Assembly: GCF_006345805.1 (NCBI RefSeq)
Contig: NC_043008.1
Span: 29,450,001-29,514,000 of the forward strand
From: Octopus sinensis
Lineage: Eukaryota
Direction: 5' to 3'
Length of the DNA: 64,000 bases
Positions 27,303-39,590 of the stretch are shown here, piece by piece. The notes under the pieces are model-generated. The model was not told where the DNA came from. It ran no database searches and saw only the letters and a program-made list of their open reading frames with translations. The translations under genes were made by a program, and so were the position numbers. The first letter of the stretch is position 1. Each line of letters starts with the position of its first letter.

Positions 27303-29823
27303 TGCGTGTATGTGTGTGTATTTCAGATGCTATACATAATCAAGATGTCATATTAGTTGTAGAAAGAAGCATATCAGATGTTTAGAAAGTACTATTTCAG
27401 AAAAGGGTGTAGTTAAGTATATGCATATTATGCTTCTTCATAACAGACAGGATCATCAGTGAAATGGATGGAAAATACGATCTGGTCATAGCCTGGTCAT
27501 TACAAATAGTGACATTTATTTTGAAATTGACTTCAGCATATATAGAAATATAGAAATGAATTTCCACACTATGTGTTTTGCTTTCTGTATTGGAAATTGT
27601 TGTCATGAAACAAATTATCCTCTGTATTGTCTAATATCAATCTGAATTTCAATGTACAACATATAACCTACATTTATAGCATTATTACATGTTCCATTAT
27701 TTAACGTTAACATAGCAAAACATACCTAAATGATGGTGAGAGGAAGAGCACAGAATGGGGCATCAAGTTGTTGAAACTGGTTTACGAAAGCAAAAACGTT
27801 GAGTTCTTCGCAATGGATAGATACGAATACGAATGTTATATTAATTTTACTTATTGAAAATATTATAACTTTTAATTCACGCATTTAGTCTAACAATTCT
27901 GTTACTGATTGTAGCAGATAGGATTTGAAATAATGTCTATGAAGCCCACTAAAACTCGTTATCCGAAAATAATGAGTTTTAGTAGCGTTAAGTACAACAC
28001 GAGTACACATAATATTGTAAGTACCCATAAACTCCAATGTTTTACGCCGTTTTTGAATCTGTTGAAATGTACTTAGAATTCACATATCTTAATTATTCAG
28101 ACGTAATTCAATCCAAAGCCTTATTAAATTTTGCCTGTTTGAAGATAAATTTCCTTTAAACGTTCGGAGCTTGTTCCGAAATTGATACTGCCTTGCAAGC
28201 ATCGGCGCTTCTATTTCAATTTAGATTCAGCCACGTATACTCTTCAGAATATATATCTGAATTTACTTGGAAATTTTTAATGGAAAATTATTCAAGTTAT
28301 TCAAATTATTCATTTGAAAAAATATTTCTCAATTTCAAACGCTGGGTAAATAACTGCATAATTTATATCTTCACTCCAGCATATTTAGCTATTTCCTTTA
28401 CTTCTATATCCATAGTTACTATCTTTCCTGAAGAAATAAAAACAATGTAGAGAAAGTTTGAAAGTTTAATTATTGTATTTTAAAAAGTTTAGTGACAATT
28501 TACTGAAAGTGACAGTTACTGAAATAGTCTGCGCTACGTTATCAACTACAAAAAAATTCTAAACTACTCTAATGCTTATGCGAATTTCTTATTATTTTGC
28601 CTTGTCACAACTTTATTAGAATTGTTGATATACTAAATGTTGAATGTTGAAATTAGTGTAAGGTATGACCCTATTATATTTTCGCATTTGCGTAAGGTAT
28701 TTTGTATATTTTCTCAATTGGTCATGTAGACATTATAGATGATACCAACATGAATGCATTTATTTCTAAGTGAATCATCGTTTAATTAGATTCATTAACA
28801 TATTAAGGTATCAATTTGTTACAGAAATATTCCGTATGGAAGACTTTTTGCTACCGCTGTAATTGAATTGATTGCAAGCTGGGACTGATACATGGCTCAG
28901 ATCATCCGACACATGTATGTATCGTAACATTTTGTTTCAGATTATATGAACATTAAAATATTTTAAATTGGTTATGTCGTTGTCACTGTTAGCATCAGAC
29001 TGCCTCGTATAAATGAGGCCTATGATTAAAGTAATTCGATTCAGTTTTCAAGGTGGTATGTTTTCAACTCGATATAACGCTAGTAATAGATTAGCTAGAT
29101 ATGTAACTTTTTGATCCAGCTAAAGCTCTAGACTTTTAAATTTGGTATGCACACGCCAAATAATAATATTAGCATACACTGTCGACCGAGTGGGTTTCTT
29201 TCAGATTTATATGCAATTGAAGCATGTAAATATGAATTGTTTAAATAGAAAATATTAACATAGAAAATAATATCACAGCGATGATAAACTGAAGGGTTTT
29301 GTAAAAATTATACGAAATAATTCTTTCACGTGTTTGAAAATATGAATACAAGGGCAAGCAGACTACAGCGTATAACTGACAAGACATTCTGATATAGTTG
29401 GAAACAGGTAAACTGGGAAATGCGAAGAAATGAGTTCTCTTATTCTTAACGTTTCTCATAACATGGTATTAATGTTAAATGGGACATCGGTGTTCTCGTT
29501 ATTTCGAATTTTATTTTCGTAAATATGTAGAAATAAAACAATAAAATTACTCGCTATTAATAAACATAGCTGAAACTCTAATTTTATGTCAATGAGAGAG
29601 AAAATTTAACCTACATTGGTGTTGATATAAACAACTAAGATTTCTTTTTTCTTAGGAAGCAAAAAACCTGAAGTTATACGTCATGTTTTTACTTATGAAA
29701 TTTTTTAGTAAGCATGAAAATAAATACATTGATGTTTAATTTTAAACATCTGCGTAAATAGATTTTGTGTCTTAATCTTGACAACAATAAAAATATGGAG
29801 ATATATATATATATATATATAAT

Positions 29824-29856
<33 letters not shown>

Positions 29857-29936
29857 TCCTTTTATTCTTTTACTTGTTTCAGTCATTTGACTGCGGCCTT
29901 CAAGCGGTGCTCCAGCATGGTCGCAGTCAAATGACT
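29857..29936. mobile_element. Two family C SINE tails fused in inverted orientation
   Basis: AGTCATTTGACTGCGGCC (29881-29898) and GGTCGCAGTCAAATGACT (29919-29936) pair at 17/18; the same tail sequence occurs at 50020-50050. Confidence 0.7.
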
Positions 29937-29945
29937 ATATATATA

Positions 29946-29985
<40 letters not shown>

Positions 29986-30216
29986 CAGAATGCTTTTAAT
30001 TCATTTTATGACACACTTTCATTTTGGTCCCGATTCATGGGCATAAACATTTATTGTTTCATTAAACTGTTGTCGTTATCTTCAAATAAGATACATTTCT
30101 GTTTTCCGAATACCTAAGTGATCCTTAAATAAATGTTCTGAATTGACTCCATTTTCCCTTTTACCATGTATACACACACACACACACACACACAAACACA
30201 CATATATATACGTATG

Positions 30217-30268
<52 letters not shown>

Positions 30269-31119
30269 AGAGGCATGCATGGATATTAAATATCATAAAT
30301 ATATGTAAATATATATATATATATACACACATATATATATGTATGTGTGCATGTGTGCGTGTGTATGTGTAGGGAAAATAATAATGAAAACTTTATGTTA
30401 TGATACCTACGTTCACTTCACGATTATAGTTGTTTGGTGGCCTCTGAGATATCGTCCAAAGGCAAAGATGCTAAACTACATTTGATATTCAGTGAACATC
30501 TTATTATTGTATCATATTGCAGTAACAATGTCGCCTAAAGATCCGCATGTATATACGTCTCTAACGCTTATCACACCACTTCAAACAACTATGATGATAA
30601 AATGCGCTTAGGACATTCAATAAAATGTGTTCATCCTTATTTTATCTATTTTTGCTACGTGGCGTATAACCTGTACTATACATATAGTTATTCAAAGGAA
30701 CAAATCTAAATTTCTCACACAGACGTTGACTTGCTCTTTCTTCGGAAGTTATCGACCAAACAACACAAAAAATTTACGCTTTTAACGGTAATATCGTCTA
30801 TCTTGGGTGTGTCGACAGCAAACAGTTGCTGAGAATAATGAACAAACATAAAGGGGCATTATGAAAACAAACAGGACACAAGTTGTTGTTACATACATAT
30901 ACAAACAAAATAAAGGCTGTACAGATCTGAGACAACATTAGCAGAAGACATGTTTAGAAGTAGAATTAATGGAAAAGGTTATCCTACAGGGATTGAAAAG
31001 TAAAGAGAAGACATAAAAAGGTAGAAATAAAGGTAGAATGAAATTTTAAAAAATGGTGAAACCAGTATTGAAGGTAAAGGCGAAAGCGTGGGACCGGGAG
31101 AATCATGACAAGAGGTCAG

Positions 31120-31490
31120 CAGTCAAACAACAGTGAAAGCTAAAGGGGGATATGGGAGAGGAGAGGAAACAAAGCAGTTGGAGAACAGCAAAGAACACAG
31201 CTGGATGAAAGAGGACATAAGGAGCAGAGAGGAAGAAAGAAATGCGGAAGGCGAAGCAAGTGATAGTAGAAGGAAAACAAAACAGGTATAAAGGAGGGAT
31301 GTACAGAACAAGAGGGAAGGTGGGAGATAGTTAAATGGAAGGAATGGGCAAAAATAACAACAGAGATAAGGTGATGAGAGCTGACAGAAAAATAGGAAAG
31401 AGTGAGAGAGCAAGCGAAAAAGTGAAACATAAGAGAGGGCTAGAAAATGACAGATACATAGAGAAAGAGAAAGAGAATGAGAGAGACTTG
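31120..31490. repeat. Purine-rich (GA/GAA) low-complexity tract
   Basis: Strong plus-strand A/G bias without a fixed unit. Confidence 0.7.
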
Positions 31491-31850
31491 GCACCAGATA
31501 TTTAGCTCGTGGGGCGTCATAGTGAGTGCGAACAAAAAAGTCCGAGGCATTATATTAAATAATACGATTCGGTTATAATTCATACCAGTGCAATTTTTTA
31601 ATCTTATTTAATATTATACCACGCATCCACTTTTTGTTCCCACAATATGTGTGCGTGTGTAAGTGTGTGTGTCTAAATATATATACATGTGTGTATATGC
31701 GTGTGTGTGCTTTCTCATTCAAAATGATGTGGGAAAAGTATTTAGGCGGATGTAACCCGAATTATCTTAAGCAGTATTTTCTTCTATGTTCTTGTTAGAA
31801 TTTGAAGTTTAAGGTATTGTTACCGTGTGTTCAACCGGTAACAATTGTTA

Positions 31851-31887
<37 letters not shown>

Positions 31888-32538
31888 TGTGTGTGTGTGT
31901 GTGTGTGTGTACATATATAGGGATACAGTGTCATATATATGTAAAAAACATACTTATTCAACGTCTTCGTACGTCATTACTAAGATATTCTAGGCGACTT
32001 ACGGTGTAGTTTTGCACTCAAATGAATAAGATGATTCAGGGAGCAGACACTAGTCATTACTCTACCTAACTTAATGAGTTCTCTATCAGATAATTGTGCT
32101 TGAACTATATTATGATACATACTTTAATATAATTTACCACCATTATATTACGATATATGGTTATACACTAATGTATAAAATATCACTTTGATTATAATTT
32201 ACAACTCTTCCATTACGATCTATTGTTATATACATTCTATATAAGTTTCGTGTATAGATATATTTGTCTATGACTGTAGGCAAGCCAATATAATTACCGG
32301 TGCGTTGGTTTATGTTTATTTTATATGTGTTCTTTGTTCGTGATATATCAGCGGAACGAAGTCAAACGTTATTTCTATTAATGTCTTTTATAATAACGTT
32401 TTAATACTTTGTAAACCTTTAAAGGTATCATAAAGGTACGTAAACTAAATATGTGATATATTCGTTAACAAGCAGTTTTCAGCAAAAGGTGTATCTCAAT
32501 CGCACATATATTTGCAGTTATGTATGTATGCATCAATG

Positions 32539-32658
<120 letters not shown>

Positions 32659-32660
32659 TT

Positions 32661-33845
32661 ATGGAATTCGTGGAAAATTCTACACTGGATTACGTATTTC
32701 CTGGCGAATAGAACACAACATGTTGTAGTTGATGGAGTCCACTCAAGCCCAGCAAATGTCACCAGCGGTGTCCCCCAGGGTCCGCTACTCTTCATAATTT
32801 ACATAAACGACCTTTCCAGTGTCGTACATTACTGCAAAGTGAAAATATTTGCTGATGACACTAAGCTCCAGTAAATCGTCAATGAAGAAGCAGACCGAAC
32901 TCAACTCCAGTCTGATCTATATGCCGTGAGTCAATGGGCACACAGAAACAAAATGCAACTGAATGATCGAAAATTTGAGCTGATGCATTTTGGAAGAAAT
33001 TCCTCAGTAAAACAACCATACTCTCTTCCTTCAGGGGAACCGCTCACAACCTCTAACAATATCAGAGACCTGGGTGTAATTGTTGATGACGATCTCAGTT
33101 GGAGTGCACACATCAACAAGAAGGTCGATATAGCTCGTAGGATGAGTTCCTGGATCTTAAGAACTTTCCGATCCAGAGAACAAGGTGTCATCATACCACT
33201 TTTTTCCTCCCTTGTACGGCAACACCTTGAATACTGCTACCCACTGTGGTCTCCCCATACAAGACAAAACATCTCCAGAATTGAGTCTCCCCAGAGGGCA
33301 CTCACTAATCAAATTGAAGGCATGGCCGCTCTCGATTATTGGGATCGCCTTAAAGCCTTGAAACTACTCCCTCCAGCGTCGCCGTGAGCGGTACATCATG
33401 TGTACGATGTGGAGAATATACCGCCAACTTTGCCCAAACGACCTTAACATTAACTTCAAGATTCATCCAAGACTGGGACCACGGGCCATACGACCCCTGC
33501 CCAATACAAGATCACAACATATATGTATGCTGCAACATGATATCTTTTCCTCAACAGGCCCTGCCCTATTTAACATTGTCCCGAGGGAGATCAAAGAGGA
33601 AAAGGATCCCATCAACTTTAAACGGAGTCTGGATAGATTCCTTCAAAGAATACCAGATAAGCCACCCATAATTGGATACAACTCACCCAACAAGAACTCA
33701 CTACTTGAACAAAACTTGATACAACTCACCCAACAAGAACTCACTACTTGAATAAAACTTGACTTAAACAGTATTCGAATAATCCTATCAGGTGGTGCTA
33801 TTAAGTTAGACATGGCCTGGACCAATCTTTGGTCGAAACATCTAA
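32661..33845 (+). mobile_element. 5'-truncated CR1-group LINE (RT domain to 3' end), pseudogenised, inserted in (TA)n
   Basis: SGVPQG(12-bp deletion)[48 protein letters not shown]; one stop near 32872 and a frameshift near 33370; 3' stem-loop GACCA-ATCTT-TGGTC. Confidence 0.93.
33675..33760. repeat. 43-bp tandem duplication at the CR1 ORF end
   Basis: GATACAACTCACCCAACAAGAACTCACTACTTGAA(C/T)AAAACTT occurs twice with 1 mismatch. Confidence 0.9.
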
Positions 33846-34690
33846 TTTTTATCTAAGTTTAAGTTGTATATATATATATACATGTATTTATATATATATA
33901 TATACATATATATACGCATATATATATACATATATATACATATGTTATATATATGTATATTTATATATACATATATGTGTATGTATATATATATATACAT
34001 ACATACATATATAAATATATATATATATATATATAATTTGGGAAAGCAAATTTTCAAATCAATCAGTTGTAACCCTACAGCGTTATATGCATCCACATAT
34101 CGTAATTCGGGGTCTTATTTATCATATATTTATATATTTATCTATAAATATGCAAAATATCTCATAAAAGTCAATATTCAATTTTGGGGGATTAATCGAT
34201 ATTCGGGTATTCTATTTCAGATAATACAAAAATAACCTAATGAGTATATCTGACACTAAACTCAAGGTATCAATTTGCACATCACGAAGTAATACTTAAA
34301 GGACATAAAAATTACTAGCAGGGTATATAATGTATTTCATTAATGATATCATACTTTAGTTAACACTTATATTTAATAAATATGAAGGAACTACATGTGT
34401 TTCAGTATTGGAAGAATACAATATATATACATATACACAAATGTATACCCACATAGATACACATATAAATACATATATGCAATCGTCAGATTTACAATTA
34501 TTTTCACGTCTCTTCGGGTTCTGTTTCAAAATATTATATATATTATTTACATCCCTTTAAAAATAAGCTATACAATTAAGGATAAACTTAAAAATTACGA
34601 ATTAAAAATCAAGAATAAAAGAAATAGAATAAAAGTTATAGATTTTAATATTAAGAATTAAAATTTATAATTTATAAATTATTAATTATA

Positions 34691-35044
34691 GACGCAGGAG
34701 TGGCTGTGTGGTAAGTAGCTTGCTTATCAACCATATGGTTCCGGGTTCAGTCCACTGCGTGGCACCTTGGGCAAGTGTCTTCTACTATAGCTTCGGGCCG
34801 ACCAAAGCATAATGAGTGGATTTGGTAGACGGAAACTGAAAGAAGCCCGTCGTATATATGTATGTATATATATGTGCGTGTGTGTTTGTGTGTCAGTGTT
34901 TGCCCCCCTAATATTGCTTGACAACCGATGCTGGTGTGTTTATGTCCCGTCACTTAGCGGTTCGGCAAAAGAGACCGATAGACCAAGTACTGAGCTTACA
35001 AAGAATAAGTCCCGGGGTTGAGTAGCTCGATTAAAGGTGGTGCT
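34691..35044 (+). mobile_element. tRNA-derived SINE with CORE-like domain (family C)
   Basis: A-box-like TGGCTGTGTGGT, B-box-like GGGTTCAGTCC, CORE-like GGCACCTTGGGCAAGTGTCTT (34761-34781), internal (TA/TG)n; same family as 50010-51701. Confidence 0.85.
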
Positions 35045-35490
35045 TTATATATACATAATAAATATGAATTAGTATATTTATCAATCATGTAAAGTCAAGT
35101 ATTGTCAAATACAGAATGTGAGATATAAGATTAAACATCAGAATAAAAATATCAGTGTTTAAATGTGATGTATAGCAAGACAAATTCGAATGCATATCTT
35201 CCATCTTTTGCTGCTACTACAATGGTGATTTTAATGTATAATTTATAAATTTTAATTCTTAATATTGCAAAGTATAATTTTTATTCTTAATTTTCATTTT
35301 TTTATTCTCAATTTTATTTCTTAATTTTTTATTCTTAATTTGTAATTCGTAATTTTTAATCTTTAATGCTTAATTGTACTGCCTATTTTTAAAAGGATGT
35401 ACAATTAGCTATATAATATTTTGAAATAGAACCAGAAGAGATGTTGGAATAATTGTAAATTTAAGGATTGCCTCTATGTATTTATATATG

Positions 35491-35558
<68 letters not shown>

Positions 35559-35590
35559 ATATATAATATATATATATATTATATGTATAT

Positions 35591-36128
35591 ATACTTTATT
35601 TAAAGCAGCAGAAAATTCAGCAAAACCTGTTACTCTGAGTTTCCCGTTGCCGTTCATCGGACAGTTTTTGTTAGAAGAGAACCGATATGTCAATTCTATC
35701 CAGACTAGTATAAACGTTACACATTTAAAAATGTACTTGTTTGATTGGTCCTTTACAAATAACGGTCAATTTTCGATCGATAAACAAAAAATAGCTCAAT
35801 ATATATATATATTTATATATTTATATATATATATATAAATTATAAAATTCGAGGAAAAATCTTACATTGAATAAAATACATATTGTCATTAATAAAGGTA
35901 ATATAATTAATACATGGAAAATGAAAAAAATGTTTATACTAGTTTATACTAGTCTGGATAGAATTGACATATCGGTTCTATTCTAAAAAACTGTCCGATG
36001 AACAGCAACGGAAGACTCAGTGTAACCGGTTATGTTGAATTTTCTGCTGCTTTAAATAAAGCATGTTACTCTACAACTGGTATTTGAGTACTCTTTTTTC
36101 CACCTTGTTTCACATTTATGTGTTTACT
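35591..36128. mobile_element. Inverted pair of probable PLE termini carrying a variant hammerhead
   Basis: 35591-35715 is the reverse complement of 35940-36066 (about 85-90 percent); flanked by (TA)n on both sides; contains CTGT-CCGATGA...GAAAC-TCAGA-GTA-ACAG. Confidence 0.7.
35627..35664 (-). ncRNA. Minimal type I hammerhead-like motif with CCGAUGA core variant
   Basis: CUGU CCGAUGA ACGGCAACGG GAAAC UCAGA GUA ACAG: stem I CUGU/ACAG, stem III ACU/AGU, GUA cleavage triplet. Confidence 0.6.
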
Positions 36129-36130
36129 GC

Positions 36131-36164
<34 letters not shown>

Positions 36165-36182
36165 TATATATATATATATTAT

Positions 36183-36218
<36 letters not shown>

Positions 36219-36255
36219 CATAATATATAGATAGATAGATAGTAGATAGATAGAT

Positions 36256-36300
<45 letters not shown>

Positions 36301-36600
36301 TAGATAGATAGATAGATAGATAGATATACAGTTGTGTATGTGTATATATGTATCGTAATCTTCCAATACTGAACACGTGTAGCTCATTCATATTTGATAA
36401 ATATAAGTATTAACTAAAGTATAATATAATTAATTAAGTACATTATATACCCTGCTGGTAATTTTGGTTGTGTCTTTTAGTATTATTTCGTGATGTGCAA
36501 ACTGATATCATGAGTTTACTGTCAGATATACTCATTTGGTGATTTTTGTATTAACTGAAATCGAGTACCCGCATATCGATTAATCCCCAGACGTTGAGTG

Positions 36601-36635
<35 letters not shown>

Positions 36636-36668
36636 TATATATATTATATATAATATATTATATAATAT

Positions 36669-36766
36669 AAACCAAAATTTAAAATTCAGCCAAATCTTTC
36701 TTGACAACCTTACTATATATATCATTGGTTGTCAAGAAAGATCTTGGGGAAATTTAATTTTGGTTT
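36669..36766. repeat. About 100-bp hairpin (MITE-like) with 16-bp perfect inner stem
   Basis: ATCTTTCTTGACAACC (36694-36709) / GGTTGTCAAGAAAGAT (36727-36742); outer AAACCAAAATT / AATTTTGGTTT. Confidence 0.8.
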
Positions 36767-36799
36767 TAAATGATGTATTTTCAATTTTTTCCCCTAAAT

Positions 36800-37950
36800 T
36801 ACTTTAACTTTATATATCATCTTAAAGCCATTTTTTTCACTCTATCGAATCCTGTTACTCTTTTTCTTTGTGAATAATTATGCTATTTTTCCGAAATGTT
36901 GAATAGACATGGACAAAAAGCAATTTCGCACAATTATCTTATTCCAGTTCAAGCTAGGCCGAAAAGCTTCTGAAACAGATCGCGATATCAACGATTCATT
37001 TGTTCCAGGAACTACTAATTAACGTACTGCACAATGGTGGTTGAAGAAATGTCGTAGCGATGACGAGAATCTTGAAGATGGTGGGCGTTGTGCCCGCCCA
37101 TCGGATGTTGACAACGATCAACTAAGAGCCTTTAATCGAAGCCACTCCTCGCACAACTGTTCGAGTGCTTGCTTCTGAATTAGACGTTACGGCAATTTCC
37201 AACCACTTGAAAGAGATTAGAGAAACTAAAGTACTTGAGAAATAATTGCCGCACGAATTGAACGACAACCAAAAAGAAAACGCCTTTAAGAAGTGTCGTC
37301 TTCCCCTCTTTTACGCAACAATACGACCAGTTTTCAACCGGATTGTGACTTGCGATGAAATGTGGATCCTTTCCGACAACGGGAAACGCTAAGTTGGAGG
37401 CAGACGAAGCTCCACGGCACTTGCCAAAGCCAATAGAAAATCATGCTGAATATTTGGTGGTCTGCGGCCGGTCTCATCCACCACAGCTTTTTGAATCCAC
37501 GTGAAACCATTACGGCGGAGAAGTACTGTCAGCAAATGGATGAAATGCATACGAAACTCCGATAAAAGCCAGCATTGGTCAATAGAAAATGACCAATTCT
37601 TCTCCCCGTCAACACTAAGCCGCACGTCCCAGAAGAAGTTGAACGAATTGGGCTAGGAATCCCTGCCTCATCCGCCAAACTCACCAGACCTCTCGCCTAC
37701 CGACTACTTCTTTTTCAATCATCTCGACAACGTCCTGCATGAGAAATGCTTAAAAAACCAGGACGATATCAAACACGCCTTCAACGACGTCATCGCCACC
37801 AGAACGCAGAATTATTACGCTACTGGCATAAATACACTTGTTTCGCGTTGGCAATAATGTGTTGATTCTGATGGTGTTTATTTCGATTAATAAAGTTTTG
37901 TTTGAGCCGAGATATGTGCATCTAAATTTAAAGGCTAAAAACCGCCAGCA
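36800..37950 (+). mobile_element. Mariner relic resembling the Hsmar1/cecropia type, pseudogenised
   Basis: ORF remnant 36909-37890: MDKKQFRTIILFQFKLGRKASET, RPSDVDNDQLRA, SPDLSPTDY, GINTLVSRWQ*CVDSDGVYFD; many stops and frameshifts; TIRs not resolved. Confidence 0.88.
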
Positions 37951-37959
37951 TAATATATA

Positions 37960-38123
<164 letters not shown>

Positions 38124-38160
38124 CTATGAAAGAATGGAGTTGAACGACGAATTAACAAAA

Positions 38161-38260
38161 TTCCTTTAGTTTCGACATATGTTTCGAACGCTGCATATTC
38201 ATAATTGCGAAGGAATAAGGAGTATATTATGCCGCTTTCTCATCAGGAAAAGCAAGGAAC
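38161..38260 (-). ncRNA. Type I hammerhead ribozyme motif with long stem II
   Basis: UUUC-CUGAUGA (38246-38240), stem II GAAAGCGGCAUA/UAUGCAGCGUUC (10/12 bp), GAAAC-AUAU-GUC, then GAAA; predicted cleavage between 38174 and 38173. Confidence 0.85.
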
Positions 38261-38866
38261 TTATGTCAACATCAAGATGCACAAAAAACTTTTAGATGAC
38301 TGCTCACACGGAGCCCATAGTGATAATGAGTGTCTCTTTAAAAAATTATTTTAAAGGAGTGACGTCAAAATGGTTGGATGTAGAAGATTCTTGAAGGTTC
38401 TAAAGGTTCAAGGGTTCAAACGAAGTAGGAGAAGAGGGGCATAAGAATAGGAAGGTGAAAGGGTGCAGTTCAAATGAATGGTGAATTTTCTTTTGTGAAT
38501 GTGTGTCTGTGTGTGTGACTGTATATAACGGCATTAATGTGTGTGTGTGTATGTGTGTGCGTGATTGTGTTTGTGGATGGGTGGATGTTTGAAAACAGAC
38601 AGTGGTGAGGTGAACGGTTTGTGTGTTTGTGTTTGATTGTGCTTACTATAGATAGAGGGAAAGAGAGAGTGAAAGAGAGAGAAAGAGGAGGGCGAGGTAT
38701 AGGGACAAAGGTAACACATACCTCACTGGATTGGGTAGTAGTTCTTTGAAAGTATAAAAATAATTTTTTGACTATGGGGTGAAATATATAAAAAAAGAGT
38801 TATATTAATTAAAATTCAAGGGGTTATCTATATTAATCATTATTCATATGATTGAAAGGTGTGTTT

Positions 38867-39543
38867 TTACCAATGCATGCATCTGTAGGACCTCTCGACG
38901 ATTGTATTTATTAAAGGGACTTTGGCGAACAAAATATAAAAAAGTTCGGAATTACAAACGCCACAATGTTTTCTGCCCTTGTCAAACGGGAAGGACACCG
39001 ACAATATGGACCATTCCAGTTTGAAATTTGTATTGCTGTCCTTCAGACGCCAAACTAATTTACTTAGTCCCGTGCTGTGTTGTTTTCTCTTATCTCTGAA
39101 AGTTGAATAACGGTTGGATATCCTTTGGGCTAATTTAGAAATTGCTCCAATGTAGAAGAAGACATCGGTTCCCGAAGAAATTTTGCAATGGTAAATGGTG
39201 TTTCTAATTTTGGAGTTTTTGGATAGGAACTTTAATCTGTTGGGGTTAACATCCGATACTAAGACAGAGTTTTTATTGTTATGATAGGTGTAAATATTGT
39301 TGCTAGCATTGGCCACGATACTATTCATCTTATTATCATTACTATTAATTGTAATATCGTCGGCAATTTCTCTGACTATAGGAATGATGGGACTGTTATC
39401 ATCAATAATACAACTGTTATTAGAAATGCTGTTATTATTACCACTAACACCACCCCTGTTAATAATCCGGCTAATATTATTATCATTATTACTATTGTTA
39501 ACGCCAGTGCTGCTATGGATGTTGCTAATATCAATACTGTTTA

Positions 39544-39590
<47 letters not shown>

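Larger units (their letters stand above)
34187..36588. repeat. Large interrupted inverted repeat (foldback), arms of about 500 bp
   Basis: 34187-34420 is the reverse complement of 36352-36588, and 34455-34680 of 35236-35490, at roughly 80-85 percent by eye. Confidence 0.85.

Noticed and set aside
31123-31494. Minus-strand Ser/Leu/Phe-rich ORFs
   Set aside because: By-product of the purine-rich low-complexity tract.
33815-33845. Hammerhead at the CR1 3' end (GACCA...TGGTC-GAAAC)
   Set aside because: No CUGANGA upstream and no NUH site; better explained as the LINE terminal stem-loop.
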